Source of the DNA: an uncultured archaeon
GTDB lineage: Archaea > Iainarchaeota > Iainarchaeia > Iainarchaeales > GCA-2688035
Assembly: GCA_964354805.1 (NCBI GenBank)
Contig: CAYHBD010000010.1
Coordinates: forward strand, 1-64,000
Direction: 5' to 3'
Length of the DNA stretch: 64,000 nucleotides
A model generated the notes under the pieces. That model worked only from the letters and a program-made list of their open reading frames with translations, was not told the DNA's origin and did no database searches. Below are positions 1-9,550 of the stretch, piece after piece. Positions within the stretch are counted from its first letter, which is position 1; every line of letters begins with the position of its first letter. A program made the translations under genes and the position numbers.

Positions 1-371
1 CCTATTCCTGTTACTTGGAATTGGTCGCCTTTGCCGATTGTTGCGTCTTCAAACCTGTATGTTTTGCCCCTGTATTTTATTGATGCGTATCCAGCCCTTC
101 CATCAAAGCGGATGCCGGTATAAGGGTTAATAATGATGTCAAAGGGCAGTTTGTTTTGGAAACTGAGGACAAGGTCTTCCCCTTCTGCCCCAAGAGCCCT
201 GCATATTAAGTCGCCTGTTCCGCTGCAGGCGTAGCCTCCGGGGGTTGCGACTATTAAAACCAAAATGCCCACAATTGTGGCTATCAGAATCAAGGCCCAA
301 CCATAAGTAAGCAGGTACTCCAAGCTGGCCTGAGCTTTCCGGCTTATTTTTGTTTTTATTTTTGCGAGCAT
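1..371 (-). CDS. Class III signal peptide (archaeal pilin-like) protein, truncated at window edge
   Basis: Manual translation from ATG at 371: MLAKIKTKISRKAQASLEYLLTYGWALILIATIVGILVLIVATPGG...; KA|QASLEY prepilin motif with E+5 followed by a hydrophobic helix. Not in the ORF track. Confidence 0.8.
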   Translation of the reverse strand, partial: MLAKIKTKISRKAQASLEYLLTYGWALILIATIVGILVLIVATPGGYACSGTGDLICRALGAEGEDLVLSFQNKLPFDIIINPYTGIRFDGRAGYASIKYRGKTYRFEDATIGKGDQFQVTGI

Positions 372-516
372 TTTACAGTAGTTATTATGTTTTTGGTTAA
401 TAAAAATGTTGCTGAAGGGCATGGAAAGCGGTTTGGCTCAGAAAAAAAGCGGTTTTTTGTTTGAAAAAACCTGAAAAACAAGGAATAAATACTGCTTTGG
501 TTTTATATACTGTGGA

Positions 517-2055
517 ATGAATTGCAGGTTTGCATTGTTTTTTGGGGCATTGCTTTTGCTGGCAATGGCTGTTTTTGCTTTGCCTCTGCCGCCAGGCAAT
601 ATCAGGGTTGAGGATGTTTCTGATGGCGCAAGGGTTTCCTGGAGCTATGATTTGAACGATTTTGTTTTCAACGTGTACAGGAACACTGTTGACAGCTTTG
701 ATGGCGCGGAACGGATTGCTTCCATCAGGGAAAAGAGTTTTGTCGACAAGGGCGTTGTCCCAATGGTTGACTATTTTTACTTTGTTACAGCCGTTGATAA
801 GGCTGGAGAGGAAAGCGTGCCAACAAAGCCGGTTATTGGAAGCGAGCGGTTCAATGTAACCTTGGTTGAGCCAACCAAAATGACTTTTTCTTTCGGGGAA
901 ACAATAAGGCTTGTTTTCCAGGTGAACAGCACTAAATTGAGCGAATTGCAGAACCTGCAGGCAGTGCTGATAAACAAGGAAAGCGGTGTTGTACAGCAAT
1001 TTGAGTTTGATAACGCAACAAAACGCTTTTCCATAGAAGTCAAGCTGCCAGAGCAGCAGCAGATTGAAACCGGAACAAAAAACATTAGCTTCATTATTCA
1101 GGCAAGCGCTGAATTGGATGGCGAGCCGCTGTATGACCTGAAGGGCTTTGATATTTCTTTGGGAACCCAGGTAATAACCCCTTGGAACATGGCAAGCCTA
1201 ATGCCCAGCTTGCTGCTTTTGGCTTTATGCAGTGTTGGCTTAATCTCATGGAAGTGGCTGATCTGGAAAAGGGCCAAGATGGACGGTCTTGAGCTGCAGT
1301 TGAGGGAGGTTTTCAAGGAGAGAGCCATTTGGCAAGACGATTTTATGCATAGAAGGGTTAGCGAAGAAATGTACAAAGAGAAGACGAGGGAGCTGCGGGC
1401 ACATCAGCTTGAATTGGAGAGAGCGCTTGGCATTGGCGGAAAAGGCATTGTTGTCAGGGCAAACCCATTGGAGGGGTGCACTGCTGGAGAGATTGAGGAG
1501 ATAATGGGCATTGTCAGGGCAATTGGAGTGCCAAGGGTTGGCTTTGTTGTTGTGGCAAAAAGGAAAATGAACAAGGACCAATTGAGAGCATATTTGATTG
1601 GCTTGGACAAAAGCGAAAAGGTTGCGAGAAAGGCTGCGGAAATGGTTTTCCAAAGGCATGAAGGCGAAAAGCAGAAAAAGGCAACTGGCAGTGAAAGCGA
1701 AAAGCAGGAAAGGGCAGTTGAGCAGAAGGAAAAGCAGGAATCGGCTGAAAAGCGGGAAAGCCATAAGCAGGAAGAAACGGAAAAGCGGAAAACGGCTGAA
1801 AAAAGGGAAAGTGATGAGAAGGAAAATGCTGAAGAGCGGAAAGGCGAAAAGCAGGAGAAACCATCAGAGGATGAAAAACAGGATAGAGCGGAAAAAACAA
1901 AGCAGGAAACAGCAGGATCCGATGATGGCCCTGAAATAAAAGCAGAGTGGCAGCGAACAGCGGAAAAAGAAGAAAGCGAAGTGAATAAAAGCGGGAAAAA
2001 CCGGAAAAAAGAGGCAAAAAAAGGCAACAGAGCGTGGAGCTGGGAAAAAGATTAG
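517..2055 (+). CDS. Membrane-anchored protein with N-terminal fibronectin type III-like domain and charged C-terminal tail
   Basis: Signal peptide; FN3-like motifs (VSW, FNVYR, YFYFVTAVDKAGEES); TM helix near aa 228-250; E/K-rich low-complexity C-terminus. Confidence 0.7.
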   Translation: MNCRFALFFGALLLLAMAVFALPLPPGNIRVEDVSDGARVSWSYDLNDFVFNVYRNTVDSFDGAERIASIREKSFVDKGVVPMVDYFYFVTAVDKAGEESVPTKPVIGSERFNVTLVEPTKMTFSFGETIRLVFQVNSTKLSELQNLQAVLINKESGVVQQFEFDNATKRFSIEVKLPEQQQIETGTKNISFIIQASAELDGEPLYDLKGFDISLGTQVITPWNMASLMPSLLLLALCSVGLISWKWLIWKRAKMDGLELQLREVFKERAIWQDDFMHRRVSEEMYKEKTRELRAHQLELERALGIGGKGIVVRANPLEGCTAGEIEEIMGIVRAIGVPRVGFVVVAKRKMNKDQLRAYLIGLDKSEKVARKAAEMVFQRHEGEKQKKATGSESEKQERAVEQKEKQESAEKRESHKQEETEKRKTAEKRESDEKENAEERKGEKQEKPSEDEKQDRAEKTKQETAGSDDGPEIKAEWQRTAEKEESEVNKSGKNRKKEAKKGNRAWSWEKD

Positions 2056-2156
2056 TTGCCTAAACCACTGCTGGCTGAAGCCCATAGTGCCTTAGTTCTT
2101 AATTAAAAAACTTTTCCTGTTTGAATTTAATCTCCTTTAACAGGGGCTGGTTTTTT

Positions 2157-5117
2157 TTGGAAGCGAGAATTGAGGTTTTCAGCAAAATAGCTGACGCAAG
2201 GGCAGCGGTAAAGCTGCGCAAAGCGCACGCAGCAGGTAGCAAGCAGGTGAATAAAATTGAACTTGTGGATGTTTACACAATCAGCAGCAAAAATTTGAGT
2301 GAAAAGGATTTGCAGCAGTGCGCAGAGCTTCTTTCAAACCCGGTAGCGCAGGGGTTTTTTATTGGCAAGCCATTTGTTCCCTCACATGATTTCAGCCACG
2401 CAATTGAAATAGGCTTCCTTCCCGGAGTTACGGACAATGCCGGAAACACGGCTGCTGAAACAATAATGGATTTCTTTAAGGAAAAGGCAGCAGGCACAAG
2501 GGTTTACAGCAGCCAGATGCTTTTCCTGCAGGGCAATGTTTCAAAAGAGAATGCAGAGAGCATTGCAGCAGGATTTGCAAATAGTTTGATTGAAAGGATT
2601 CACATTAAAAGCAGGCAGCAGTACACTGAAGGGAAAGGCATGGGCATTGTTGTTCCACTGGTCAAATTGAAGCAGCTACAGCAGGCAGACATTGTTGATT
2701 TGGATGCAAGCGATGCTGAATTGATTGAGATTGGAAAAAAAGGGATTGCGAATGCGGACAGAAGCAGGAGAGGGCCACTTGCGCTTGACTTGGAGAGCAT
2801 GCGCGCAATAAAAAAATACTTCAATTCAGCCGGAAGAAAGCCGACAGATGTTGAACTGGAATCATTGGCCCAGACCTGGAGCGAGCACTGCAAGCACACA
2901 ATCTTTGCGGCAGAACTGGATGAAATAAAAGGGGGCTTGTTCAAGGAGAGAATAAAAAAAGCAACACAATTGGTTAGGGCAAAAAAAGGCAGCAAAGACC
3001 AGTGCATTTCTGTTTTTGTTGACAACAGCGGTGCAATAATTTTTGATGAAAAATTTCTTGTGTCTGACAAGGTTGAAACACACAACAGCCCAAGCGCTTT
3101 GGATCCCTTCGGCGGGGCAATAACAGGCATTGTGGGCGTAAACAGGGATGCAATTGGATTTGGCCTGGGCGCAAAGCCAATAGTGAACAGGTATGGATAC
3201 TGCTTTGCAGATCCAAAAGATGCGCTGCTTTTATACAAGGCGCAGAACAGGCAGAATCCAATGCTTTCGCCTGAAAGAATAATGCTTGGAGTGATTGAAG
3301 GAGTAAAGGTTGGGGGCAACTGCTCTGGAATTCCAACGCCGCAGGGCTTCATGTACTTTGATGAAAGGTATAAGGGAAAGCCCCTGGTTTTTGTTGGAAC
3401 AATGGGATTGATTCCAAAGAAGAGCAAAGGGAGAAATGCAGCTGAAAAAAAGGCAAGAAAGGGCGATGCAATTGTAATGGTTGGAAACCGCGTAGGCTTG
3501 GACGGAATCCATGGTGCAACATTCAGCAGCGAGGCATTGAGCTCAGGAAGCCCTGCAACAGCTGTCCAAATAGGAGATCCGATTACGCAGAAAAAGATGA
3601 GCGATGCAATTGTGAAAGAAGCAAGGGACCTTGGCCTGTATGACAGCATCACTGACAATGGGGCTGGGGGCCTGAGCTGCTCTGTTGCAGAAATGGCCAA
3701 GGAATGCAACGGCTGCTTGGTTGAATTGGAAAAGGTTCCTTTGAAATATCTGGGAATGCAGCCATGGCAGACATGGATTTCGGAAAGCCAGGAGAGAATG
3801 ACGATTGCAATACCAAAGGAAAAAGTGAAAAAATTCATTAAATTGATGGATTCAAGGGGTGTTGAGGCAACTGTAATCGGGGAATTCAACGGCAGCGGAA
3901 AATGCGTTGTAAAATTCAACGGAAAGAAAGTAATGGACATTGATTTGCGCTTTTTGCACGATGGCTTGCCGAAAAAAGTGTTGAAAACAAAAGAAGCCCT
4001 GCAAAAGCACACTGAACCAGATTTTGCAGAACCAGGCGATTACAATGATGAATTGGAAAAAATGCTTTCAAGGCTGAATATCTGCAGCAAAGAGTTCATT
4101 TCAACGCAGTACGACCATGAAGTGCAGGGCAGCTCAGTGCTCAAACCACTGCAGGGCAAAGGAAGGGTGAACGCAGAGGCAACGGCAGTAAGGCCTGTTC
4201 TTTCAAGCGAAAAATGCATTGCTGTTTCACAGGCACTTTATCCGAAATACGGGGATATTTCAATGTATGAAATGGCAGCCTGTGCAATAGATTCGGCAAT
4301 AAAGAATCTGGTTGCTGTTGGGGCAAAGCTGCAGGACATTGTTCTGCTTGACAACTTCTGCTGGTGCAGCAGCAATGAGCCGGAAAGGCTGTGGCAGCTG
4401 AAGCAGGCAGTGCAGGCATGCTTTGATTGCGCTGTACAATTTGAAACACCGTTCATTTCTGGAAAGGACAGCATGTTCAACGACTTCAAGGGATTTGATG
4501 CCGACAGCAGGGCAATAAAAATCAGTGTTCCGCCAACTTTGCTTATTAGTTCACTTGCTGTAATGCAGGATTCCTGGAAAGCTGTTTCAATGGATGCAAA
4601 GATTGCAGGCGATTTGGTGTATATTCTGGGAGAAACAAGAAATGAGCTTGGAGCAAGCGAATACTTTGCTTCAAAGCAAGGCATTGGAAACAATGTGCCA
4701 AAGGTTGATGCAGGCAGGGCAATAAAATTATACAATGCTTTGGGCAAGGCGATTGAGGCTGAATTGGTTGCCTCTGTTCAGCCAGTTGGCTTAGGCGGAG
4801 TGGGAATTGCAATTGCAAAGAAATGCATTGCAGGAGCGCTTGGCGCAAGGCTGGACTTGAGGAAAGCGCCGAAATCAGGCAATGTGCAAAGGAATGATAC
4901 GCTGCTTTTCAGCGAAACCCAGAGCAGGCTTGTTGTTACAATTGCAAAAGAGAACAGAGAGAAATTTGAGCAGCTTTTGCAAGGGAATGCGTTTGCGTGC
5001 GTTGGGGAAATTTCCCATGGCAATTTGGAGATAGTTGGATTGGATGGCAAAAAAATAATTGATTCTGCAATTGCAGATTTAGAGGAAGCCTACAAAAAAC
5101 CATTGAGGGGTTATTGA
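2157..5117 (+). CDS. purL: Phosphoribosylformylglycinamidine synthase subunit PurL with N-terminal PurS-like extension
   Basis: Motifs QTWSEHCKH, KVETHNSPSALDPFGGAITG, DNGAGGLS, SESQERM, SGKDSM; TTG start at 2157 inferred. Confidence 0.95.
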   Translation: MEARIEVFSKIADARAAVKLRKAHAAGSKQVNKIELVDVYTISSKNLSEKDLQQCAELLSNPVAQGFFIGKPFVPSHDFSHAIEIGFLPGVTDNAGNTAAETIMDFFKEKAAGTRVYSSQMLFLQGNVSKENAESIAAGFANSLIERIHIKSRQQYTEGKGMGIVVPLVKLKQLQQADIVDLDASDAELIEIGKKGIANADRSRRGPLALDLESMRAIKKYFNSAGRKPTDVELESLAQTWSEHCKHTIFAAELDEIKGGLFKERIKKATQLVRAKKGSKDQCISVFVDNSGAIIFDEKFLVSDKVETHNSPSALDPFGGAITGIVGVNRDAIGFGLGAKPIVNRYGYCFADPKDALLLYKAQNRQNPMLSPERIMLGVIEGVKVGGNCSGIPTPQGFMYFDERYKGKPLVFVGTMGLIPKKSKGRNAAEKKARKGDAIVMVGNRVGLDGIHGATFSSEALSSGSPATAVQIGDPITQKKMSDAIVKEARDLGLYDSITDNGAGGLSCSVAEMAKECNGCLVELEKVPLKYLGMQPWQTWISESQERMTIAIPKEKVKKFIKLMDSRGVEATVIGEFNGSGKCVVKFNGKKVMDIDLRFLHDGLPKKVLKTKEALQKHTEPDFAEPGDYNDELEKMLSRLNICSKEFISTQYDHEVQGSSVLKPLQGKGRVNAEATAVRPVLSSEKCIAVSQALYPKYGDISMYEMAACAIDSAIKNLVAVGAKLQDIVLLDNFCWCSSNEPERLWQLKQAVQACFDCAVQFETPFISGKDSMFNDFKGFDADSRAIKISVPPTLLISSLAVMQDSWKAVSMDAKIAGDLVYILGETRNELGASEYFASKQGIGNNVPKVDAGRAIKLYNALGKAIEAELVASVQPVGLGGVGIAIAKKCIAGALGARLDLRKAPKSGNVQRNDTLLFSETQSRLVVTIAKENREKFEQLLQGNAFACVGEISHGNLEIVGLDGKKIIDSAIADLEEAYKKPLRGY

Positions 5118-5917
5118 TGAAGCCAAATGTTTTGGTTTTGACAGGCTATGGAATAAACTGCGAGGAGGAAACAGCCTTTGCTTTTGCAAAGGCAGGCGCT
5201 GCTGCAAAAATAGTTCACGTGAACGATTTGATCAAGCAGCCAAAGATGCTGCAAGGCTTTCAGATTTTTGCTTTCCCAGGCGGCTTTTCATATGGAGATG
5301 ATACCGGTTCTGGGAATGCCCTTGCTAACAAAATAAGGAACAATTTGTGGAATGATTTAATGCGCTTTATTGAAAAAGAAAACCTTGTAATCGGCATTTG
5401 CAACGGCTTCCAGGTGATTGCAAACCTCGGCCTGCTGCCTGCAATCGGCAAAAAATACGGCGATAGAACAATTGCTTTGGCGCACAACAACAGCGCAACA
5501 TACGAGTGCAGGTGGGTGCACCTGCGAAATTACAGCAAAAAATGCGTTTTCACCAAGGGGATTGATGAGATAAGAATGCCTGTTGCCCATGGGGAGGGAA
5601 AGTTCACTGCTGAAGAAAAAATTCTGCAGCAATTGGCTGCCAATGACCAGATTGTATTCAAATACATGAAAGCGGGAAAACCAGCTAATAGCGAATTCCC
5701 GTTCAATCCAAATGGCTCAATGCAGGACATTGCTGGAATATGCGATGAGAGCGGCAGAATTCTCGGCTTAATGCCCCATCCGGAGAGAAACATTTTCTTC
5801 ACACAGCAGGATGACTGGGCAATGCAGAAACAACTGTTAAAAAGAAGTGGGGGCTACATGCCAGCTGAAAGCGCTGGCATGCAGATTTTCAGAAACGCAG
5901 TGAATTTCTTCAAGTAA
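5114..5917 (+). CDS. purQ: FGAM synthase glutaminase subunit PurQ
   Basis: GYGINCE, PGGFSYGD, GICNGFQ, AHGEG, GLMPHPER. Confidence 0.95.
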   Translation: MMKPNVLVLTGYGINCEEETAFAFAKAGAAAKIVHVNDLIKQPKMLQGFQIFAFPGGFSYGDDTGSGNALANKIRNNLWNDLMRFIEKENLVIGICNGFQVIANLGLLPAIGKKYGDRTIALAHNNSATYECRWVHLRNYSKKCVFTKGIDEIRMPVAHGEGKFTAEEKILQQLAANDQIVFKYMKAGKPANSEFPFNPNGSMQDIAGICDESGRILGLMPHPERNIFFTQQDDWAMQKQLLKRSGGYMPAESAGMQIFRNAVNFFK

Positions 5918-6075
5918 TTTTTGTGAGATGAAACCTTCAAAATTCACCCAATTTCCATTTACTCCCTTCCATTTGAAAAAAATTCACTTTATTTCAATAA
6001 ATTTCTTTTCCCAAATTTCTCGTTTTTCTATTTTATTTCAAATTTCAATTTCTTTTCATTAACCTTTTGCATTTT

Positions 6076-6513
6076 CTACTTTATTTCAACTTTCACGCCC
6101 TTTCCCTTAACCAAAGGGTGCTTTTTTGGCAGATTCACTGTAAGTATGCCATCCTTGAATTCGGCTTTTATCTTGCCTGCAACAACCTCGCTTGGCAAAG
6201 GAATCTTCCTGAAAAAGCCCTGATAAGCCCGCTCATGAAAATAATAGCCCTCTTGCTCTCTTTCCTCTTTTTTCTCTTGCCTGCTCTCAGCCCTTATTGC
6301 AAGGCTGTCCTCGTCAATTGAAACATCAATATCCTTTTTGTCAATACCAGGCAGCTCGGCTGTCAGCAACAGTTCCTTTCCCTTGTCGACAACATCAACC
6401 AAAGGCTCGCGCAAGCCAGAAAACTCGTTTGGAAAAGCAAACAAGTCAAACAGGTTTCTGCGCATCTTCCTCATTGGCCTGAAAGGATCCAATAAATCCA
6501 GCTCATTAACCAT
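6076..6513 (-). CDS. Small heat shock protein (Hsp20/alpha-crystallin family)
   Basis: PLVDV...AELPGIDKKDIDV...ERAYQGFFRKIPLP...AEFKDGILTVNLPK. Confidence 0.93.
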   Translation of the reverse strand: MVNELDLLDPFRPMRKMRRNLFDLFAFPNEFSGLREPLVDVVDKGKELLLTAELPGIDKKDIDVSIDEDSLAIRAESRQEKKEEREQEGYYFHERAYQGFFRKIPLPSEVVAGKIKAEFKDGILTVNLPKKHPLVKGKGVKVEIK

Positions 6514-6701
6514 ATTTCCACCTCCAGAGAATACTATAAATGTCTAAATTATTTAGTCATTTTTAATATCTTTTAGACACAAGGGTTTTTAAATGGTGCT
6601 GGTTGGGCAGGCGGCTGCTTTGCCATGACCATGCCGGTCGGACCTAATTGTTTAAGCAGGGGGCAATCCAGTTGATTCAAGAAACAGTTTTCGGAAGAGG
6701 C

Positions 6702-6914
6702 TTATTCTTCTTCAAATGCCTCGTCAAAGCTGCCTGCTTCGTCTTCTTCGTCTATGTCTTTTTCTTTGGCTATTTTGAGCTTTGGCTTTCCTGCCTTTAT
6801 CTCAACAACCAGTTCCAGGTTGCACTCTGGGCAGTTGAGGAAATCGCCCTCATCGTATTCCTCAATCTCCAAATCGAAGCTTTGCTTGCAGTCAGGGCAC
6901 CTGAATTTTGCCAT
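6702..6914 (-). CDS. LysW/ArgW-like zinc-ribbon acidic protein
   Basis: CPDC...CPEC zinc ribbon with acidic tail ending in E; lacks the canonical EDWGE terminus. Confidence 0.6.
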   Translation of the reverse strand: MAKFRCPDCKQSFDLEIEEYDEGDFLNCPECNLELVVEIKAGKPKLKIAKEKDIDEEDEAGSFDEAFEEE

Positions 6915-7037
6915 TAAAAAACACCTTTGCAGCTGCTGGAAAACAGCGAATTAGCCTATGATTTTTTTCGAGCCTAAATGTTTTTAAAGCCTACTTTTTG
7001 CCGAAAAAGGTTAACCGGAAAACTTGAAAGAATTAAA

Positions 7038-7240
7038 AAAGCCTTTTTGCTCACGCAAAAAGCCTTGGGAAAAGAAGCAGTGCTGTTGCACTGCAAAGCC
7101 TTTTGCACTGCGGTGCAAAAGCCTTGGGAAAAAAGAGTTTTGCATCCGCAAAACAAAGCCTTTTTTGCTTTCAGCAAAAAAGCCTTGGGAAAAAGTGCCT
7201 GACGGCAGAGCCTTTTTTTTACGGAGCAAAAAAGCATTGG
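7038..7240. repeat. Array of REP/BIME-like palindromic units (AAGCC-TTTT stem-loop-AAAA-GCCTTGGGAAAA)
   Basis: Three to four units interleaved with small hairpins (GCAGTGC..GCACTGC; GTTTTGC..GCAAAAC); same units recur at 18.8, 20.1, 31.9 and 34.6 kb. Confidence 0.8.
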
Positions 7241-7346
7241 CGCAATGCCAAGCAACACTTTGAACAAAGAGAATAAAAAAAATTGTTTCATTGTTCAAAG
7301 TGTTGGCAATGAAACAAAAAGAAATATTTTGATGCTTGGCATTGTG
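7241..7346. repeat. MITE-like inverted-repeat element with nested hairpin insertion
   Basis: Outer IR CGCAATGCCAAGCA...TGCTTGGCATTGTG; inner IR CAACACTTTGAACAA (7253-7267)/TTGTTCAAAGTGTTG (7291-7305); shorter copies at 19997-20049 and 33449-33502. Confidence 0.7.
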
Positions 7347-7358
7347 GGGAAAGGAAAG

Positions 7359-7961
7359 CTAAATTCCCAGCAGGCCAATAATTATGAATGCAACCAGTGA
7401 AACAAGAATTGCAGCAATTGCTCCAGAGTCTGTTGCCTTTTTCACTGTTATGCACATAATGTAAAAGCCGAACAATTCAATTAATGCAGTGATTGCTAAA
7501 AGGGCATAGAAAAGCGGAATGTTGATTGAGTCAATGTTTGCACTCAATATTTGATTCACTTGGGCAGCTGCTGCGAAAACATCTCCCTCAACATTGCCAA
7601 GTTCAGCTGCAACGTTTGCCGGAATAACCGAAAAGGCAATAGTTGAAATAATGTAACCAACAATCCAAATAATCTGCAGCAATGCAAGCGCCGACAACAG
7701 CCCAGAAAATTTTCCCTTCAGCACTTTCCTGTTCAGGATAAAACACAGTGCAAAAATAATTAGCACAAAAACAATAAAGAAAACAAAACTGCTTGCAATT
7801 CCGCTTACAGCCAGTTCAATGCTCACTGTTTTTTTCAAAGCTGCAATCATTCCCAGCCAGACAATTGCAGCAGCCAAAACCAGGCCAAGAGCCAATGCCA
7901 CATTAGGCTTTTCAAAAGCAGACGAAACAGCCTTTCCAGGGGAAAGAATATTCAAATTCAT
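7359..7961 (-). CDS. Multi-pass membrane protein, Yip1-like
   Basis: N-terminal ILSPxxAF motif and ~5 hydrophobic helices. Confidence 0.55.
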   Translation of the reverse strand: MNLNILSPGKAVSSAFEKPNVALALGLVLAAAIVWLGMIAALKKTVSIELAVSGIASSFVFFIVFVLIIFALCFILNRKVLKGKFSGLLSALALLQIIWIVGYIISTIAFSVIPANVAAELGNVEGDVFAAAAQVNQILSANIDSINIPLFYALLAITALIELFGFYIMCITVKKATDSGAIAAILVSLVAFIIIGLLGI

Positions 7962-8128
7962 GTTTTACAAACCTGCATATAATAACGTTTTGTTTTATTT
8001 AAATTTAACGCATAAGCGCCTGCAGGTTCTATTGTTTGAATGGCGATTGGGGCTGCAAAGGAGAAACAACAAAAACACAAATAGAAAAGAATTAATACTT
8101 TGAAGCGGTTAGTTTAGCAGGTGCCCCT

Positions 8129-8365
8129 ATGGCAAAACAACCATCTCTTGCAATGAGGCTTTATACGCTTCTGCACAACGAGAAGAGATATCTTATTGTC
8201 GCAACAGTAGCATATGTTTTCTTTGCCATAATGGATGCAGTACTTTCTTATTCTTCACCCGAGTGGATGGCAGAGTCCGAGTGGGTTCAAATCGTGCTTG
8301 CAATCGGAATAGTGGTATTTGCCACTTTGTGGTTCATATTTTACATCTACAATCGCGACTGGTAG
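8129..8365 (+). CDS. Small two-TM hypothetical protein
   Basis: Two hydrophobic segments; AGGTG RBS-like upstream. Confidence 0.55.
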   Translation: MAKQPSLAMRLYTLLHNEKRYLIVATVAYVFFAIMDAVLSYSSPEWMAESEWVQIVLAIGIVVFATLWFIFYIYNRDW

Positions 8366-8416
8366 GCTAGAGAAAGAGAACAGACACCCCCAGGGCGGCA
8401 AATTTGAATTAATTTT

Positions 8417-9502
8417 CTATCGCGTTACCTGCATTTCCTCAATCTGCTGCAGTAGCTGCGCAGGCTTGCCCTTGCTGAAATATTTCCTCACAGGCAGCAG
8501 CAATTCATTCAGGTAAAAGGCTGTTGCCTTCTTCAAATCAAGCGGATGCAGCTCGCCTCTTGCAAACGCATCCTGCAATTGCTGGAAAGAAGCGAATTCA
8601 ACATCTCCGCCGAATTTGCTTTCCCTCTCAATTTTCATTTTCTTGTTTCGTTCAAAAACAATATATTTGCAGTACTCAAGCACTGGGTTTTGCTCAACCT
8701 GCTTTTCAGGGCAATACGCCTTGTTTATTTTCCTCTGCACTTCCTGCTCTGAATCAGTCATAAAGATTGCCGAATCGGGAATGCTCTTGCTCATCTTCAT
8801 TGCAATCTCATGCTCAACACCTGCACCCTCGCCTGCGCTTGGCATCTGCAATCCCATTAGCATGTGGTGGTGAACAGCAACAGGCTTCCAAAATCCTATC
8901 TTTTCTCCAATTTCGCGAGCAAGCATGTTCACCTTTCTCTGGTCCATTCCAAGCTGGGCAATGTCAACCTGCAAATGGAAAATGTCAGCTGCCTGCATGC
9001 AGGGATAGAGAATCTGCGCAGCGCTCAATGCATCTGATTCCTTCCTTCCCATTATCTGGCTGCATCTCACAATGCGATTCACAGTGCTGTTTGTTGCAAC
9101 AGCCATTACCTTCTTCCAGTATTCAGTGTCCTTCACTGCCTCTGAAGCCCAGACAAATTCGACTTTTTTAACGCTCAAGCCGCACGCCTTCCACACCTCA
9201 ATCAGGTATTTTCCCGCTGTCTGGATATTGCCCAAGTCAGCGCCAAGCTTTTTGTTCGCCCAGGCATGCCAGTCAGCAACCCACATCTTGAATCTGCAGC
9301 CAGCAGCAAGCATTTTCTCAATATTGATTGCCCGCAGCAAGCCCTGCGCAATGTGCACCTGCCCGCTTGGCTCAAAGCCATCGTATGCAATCGGGTGCTT
9401 TTTTTGCTCGAGCAGCAGCTGCAAATCTGCAAGCGTAATTATTTCCTCGCCGACCTCGCTTATCAAAGCAAGCCTTTTTTGCGCATCCATGCCAAAAACC
9501 AT
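8417..9502 (-). CDS. tyrS: Tyrosine--tRNA ligase (archaeal/eukaryotic type)
   Basis: YDGFEPSGQVHIAQG, YPCMQAADI, GMDQRKV, KMSKS. Confidence 0.95.
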   Translation of the reverse strand: MVFGMDAQKRLALISEVGEEIITLADLQLLLEQKKHPIAYDGFEPSGQVHIAQGLLRAINIEKMLAAGCRFKMWVADWHAWANKKLGADLGNIQTAGKYLIEVWKACGLSVKKVEFVWASEAVKDTEYWKKVMAVATNSTVNRIVRCSQIMGRKESDALSAAQILYPCMQAADIFHLQVDIAQLGMDQRKVNMLAREIGEKIGFWKPVAVHHHMLMGLQMPSAGEGAGVEHEIAMKMSKSIPDSAIFMTDSEQEVQRKINKAYCPEKQVEQNPVLEYCKYIVFERNKKMKIERESKFGGDVEFASFQQLQDAFARGELHPLDLKKATAFYLNELLLPVRKYFSKGKPAQLLQQIEEMQVTR

Positions 9503-9550
9503 TAAATATTAAATGAAATGTTTATTTAAATTTGTGGCGACTGCAATATT

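Noticed and set aside
2600-4012. Long antisense ORF (also 16451-17305, 33803-34537, 61298-62455 and others)
   Set aside because: Shadow frames opposite well-supported genes
5918-6075. AT/pyrimidine-rich tract as an origin or ncRNA
   Set aside because: Lies between convergent genes with no ORB-like repeats or cdc6; consistent with a terminator region
7038-7240. Possible CRISPR array
   Set aside because: Units vary in sequence and length, the intervening segments are themselves hairpins, there are no cas genes, and the units are dispersed elsewhere; this fits a REP-like repeat
6974-7298. ORFs across the repeat cluster (and at 18626-18881, 31796-32002, 34643-35044)
   Set aside because: Translations of repeats, tRNAs or antisense strands; no protein-like features
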